A stretch of 64,000 bases of DNA from Catajapyx aquilonaris. Lineage: Eukaryota. The notes below the pieces were generated by a model that ran no database searches, had not been told where the DNA came from, and saw nothing but the letters and a program-made list of their open reading frames with translations. Position numbers and translations under genes: made by a program. Positions 63,195 through 64,000 of this stretch are shown piece by piece; the stretch's first letter is position 1; every line of letters starts with the position of its first letter. Location: positions 62,001-126,000 of the forward strand of contig JYFJ02000451.1 of NCBI GenBank assembly GCA_000934665.2. The letters are read 5' to 3'.

Positions 63195-64000
63195 ACGGAT
63201 ATTTTAACGAATCAAGCACGTGGTGTTATGGACTTTTTATACTGTATATTCTTTTTCAGATAAGTGTGAAGTGGTGTAAAATTTTACTGGTGAAATACAA
63301 ATCATTTACTGTACGTCTGTAATGTGCTTCCCTGTTTACGATGGGAAATCCTAATTTACCACCACTTAATTGCTGAAGAGAAGGACTTCATAAACGGACC
63401 CTTCTCCAGCAGTCCAGACTATTGCTGGCCATTATGGCGGCTTTTTGATGAAGGGTGTCACGAAAGGTTGCACACCAAAGTTTTTAATGTCCGGCAGCAT
63501 AATATACGGTAGCCCATGCTTAAATCACCCGGAGAAATACGGTGCAATCCTCAGCGGGGCCATTTTATTGCTATAGTAAAGGACAATCACCGTAGCAAAC
63601 CAAAATTTATTGGTATCGGCAGTTTGGGATCGATCCATCTAATCGGTCGTTTGAGTTGTTGTTTTTTTGTATAGTTAAACTGTAACATTGCTAATTACTG
63701 AACGTGAGTGGTTGGATGGCAGCACCTTCCACTCCACAGGTCCCAAGCCATCTACTTTCACTCTCACCGATGTCACTTTCACTCGTAAATTTTAATAGAC
63801 TTGCACACATAGGGGTCAATTATTTTATTAGAATGTAGTTGACTTCGGCACTTCTGCGGAAACTTTCAACGCTGCCTGTTTCGACTTTTTTTTTTAAACT
63901 ACACACTTTCAATTGAACGTATGAGCAAACCCACCTGTCGATAATGGCAGTCCACAGCATATTAGCAATTAGAAGGATGTACCCCTGTGGTACAAATTAA

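Overview
Eukaryotic, intron-rich genomic DNA, almost certainly from an arthropod (inferred from a tramtrack-type BTB gene and a clip-domain serine-protease homolog). Reading splice sites by hand gives six complete genes, each with a spliced CDS length divisible by 3: 5-oxoprolinase (-), TIF1/TRIM33/bonus (+), NOA36/ZNF330 (-), a Graf/ARHGAP26-type RhoGAP (+), a tramtrack-BTB + HMG-box transcription factor (+) and a catalytically dead clip-SPH (+). The 3' coding exons of an unidentified gene lie at the left edge. Introns carry several MITE/foldback elements and a tRNA-derived SINE, and the last ~9.5 kb is gene-poor. Three observations stand out. (1) A ~280-nt multi-helix structured-RNA candidate lies antisense in bonus intron 6; its eight A.C mismatches on the + strand all become G.U pairs on the - strand. 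(2) A 57-codon coding-like extension follows a UGA-C stop that ends a PDZ-ligand-like C-terminus, suggesting readthrough or a retained 69-nt intron. (3) The BTB-HMG domain fusion is unusual. All exon calls are manual and unverified by transcript data.
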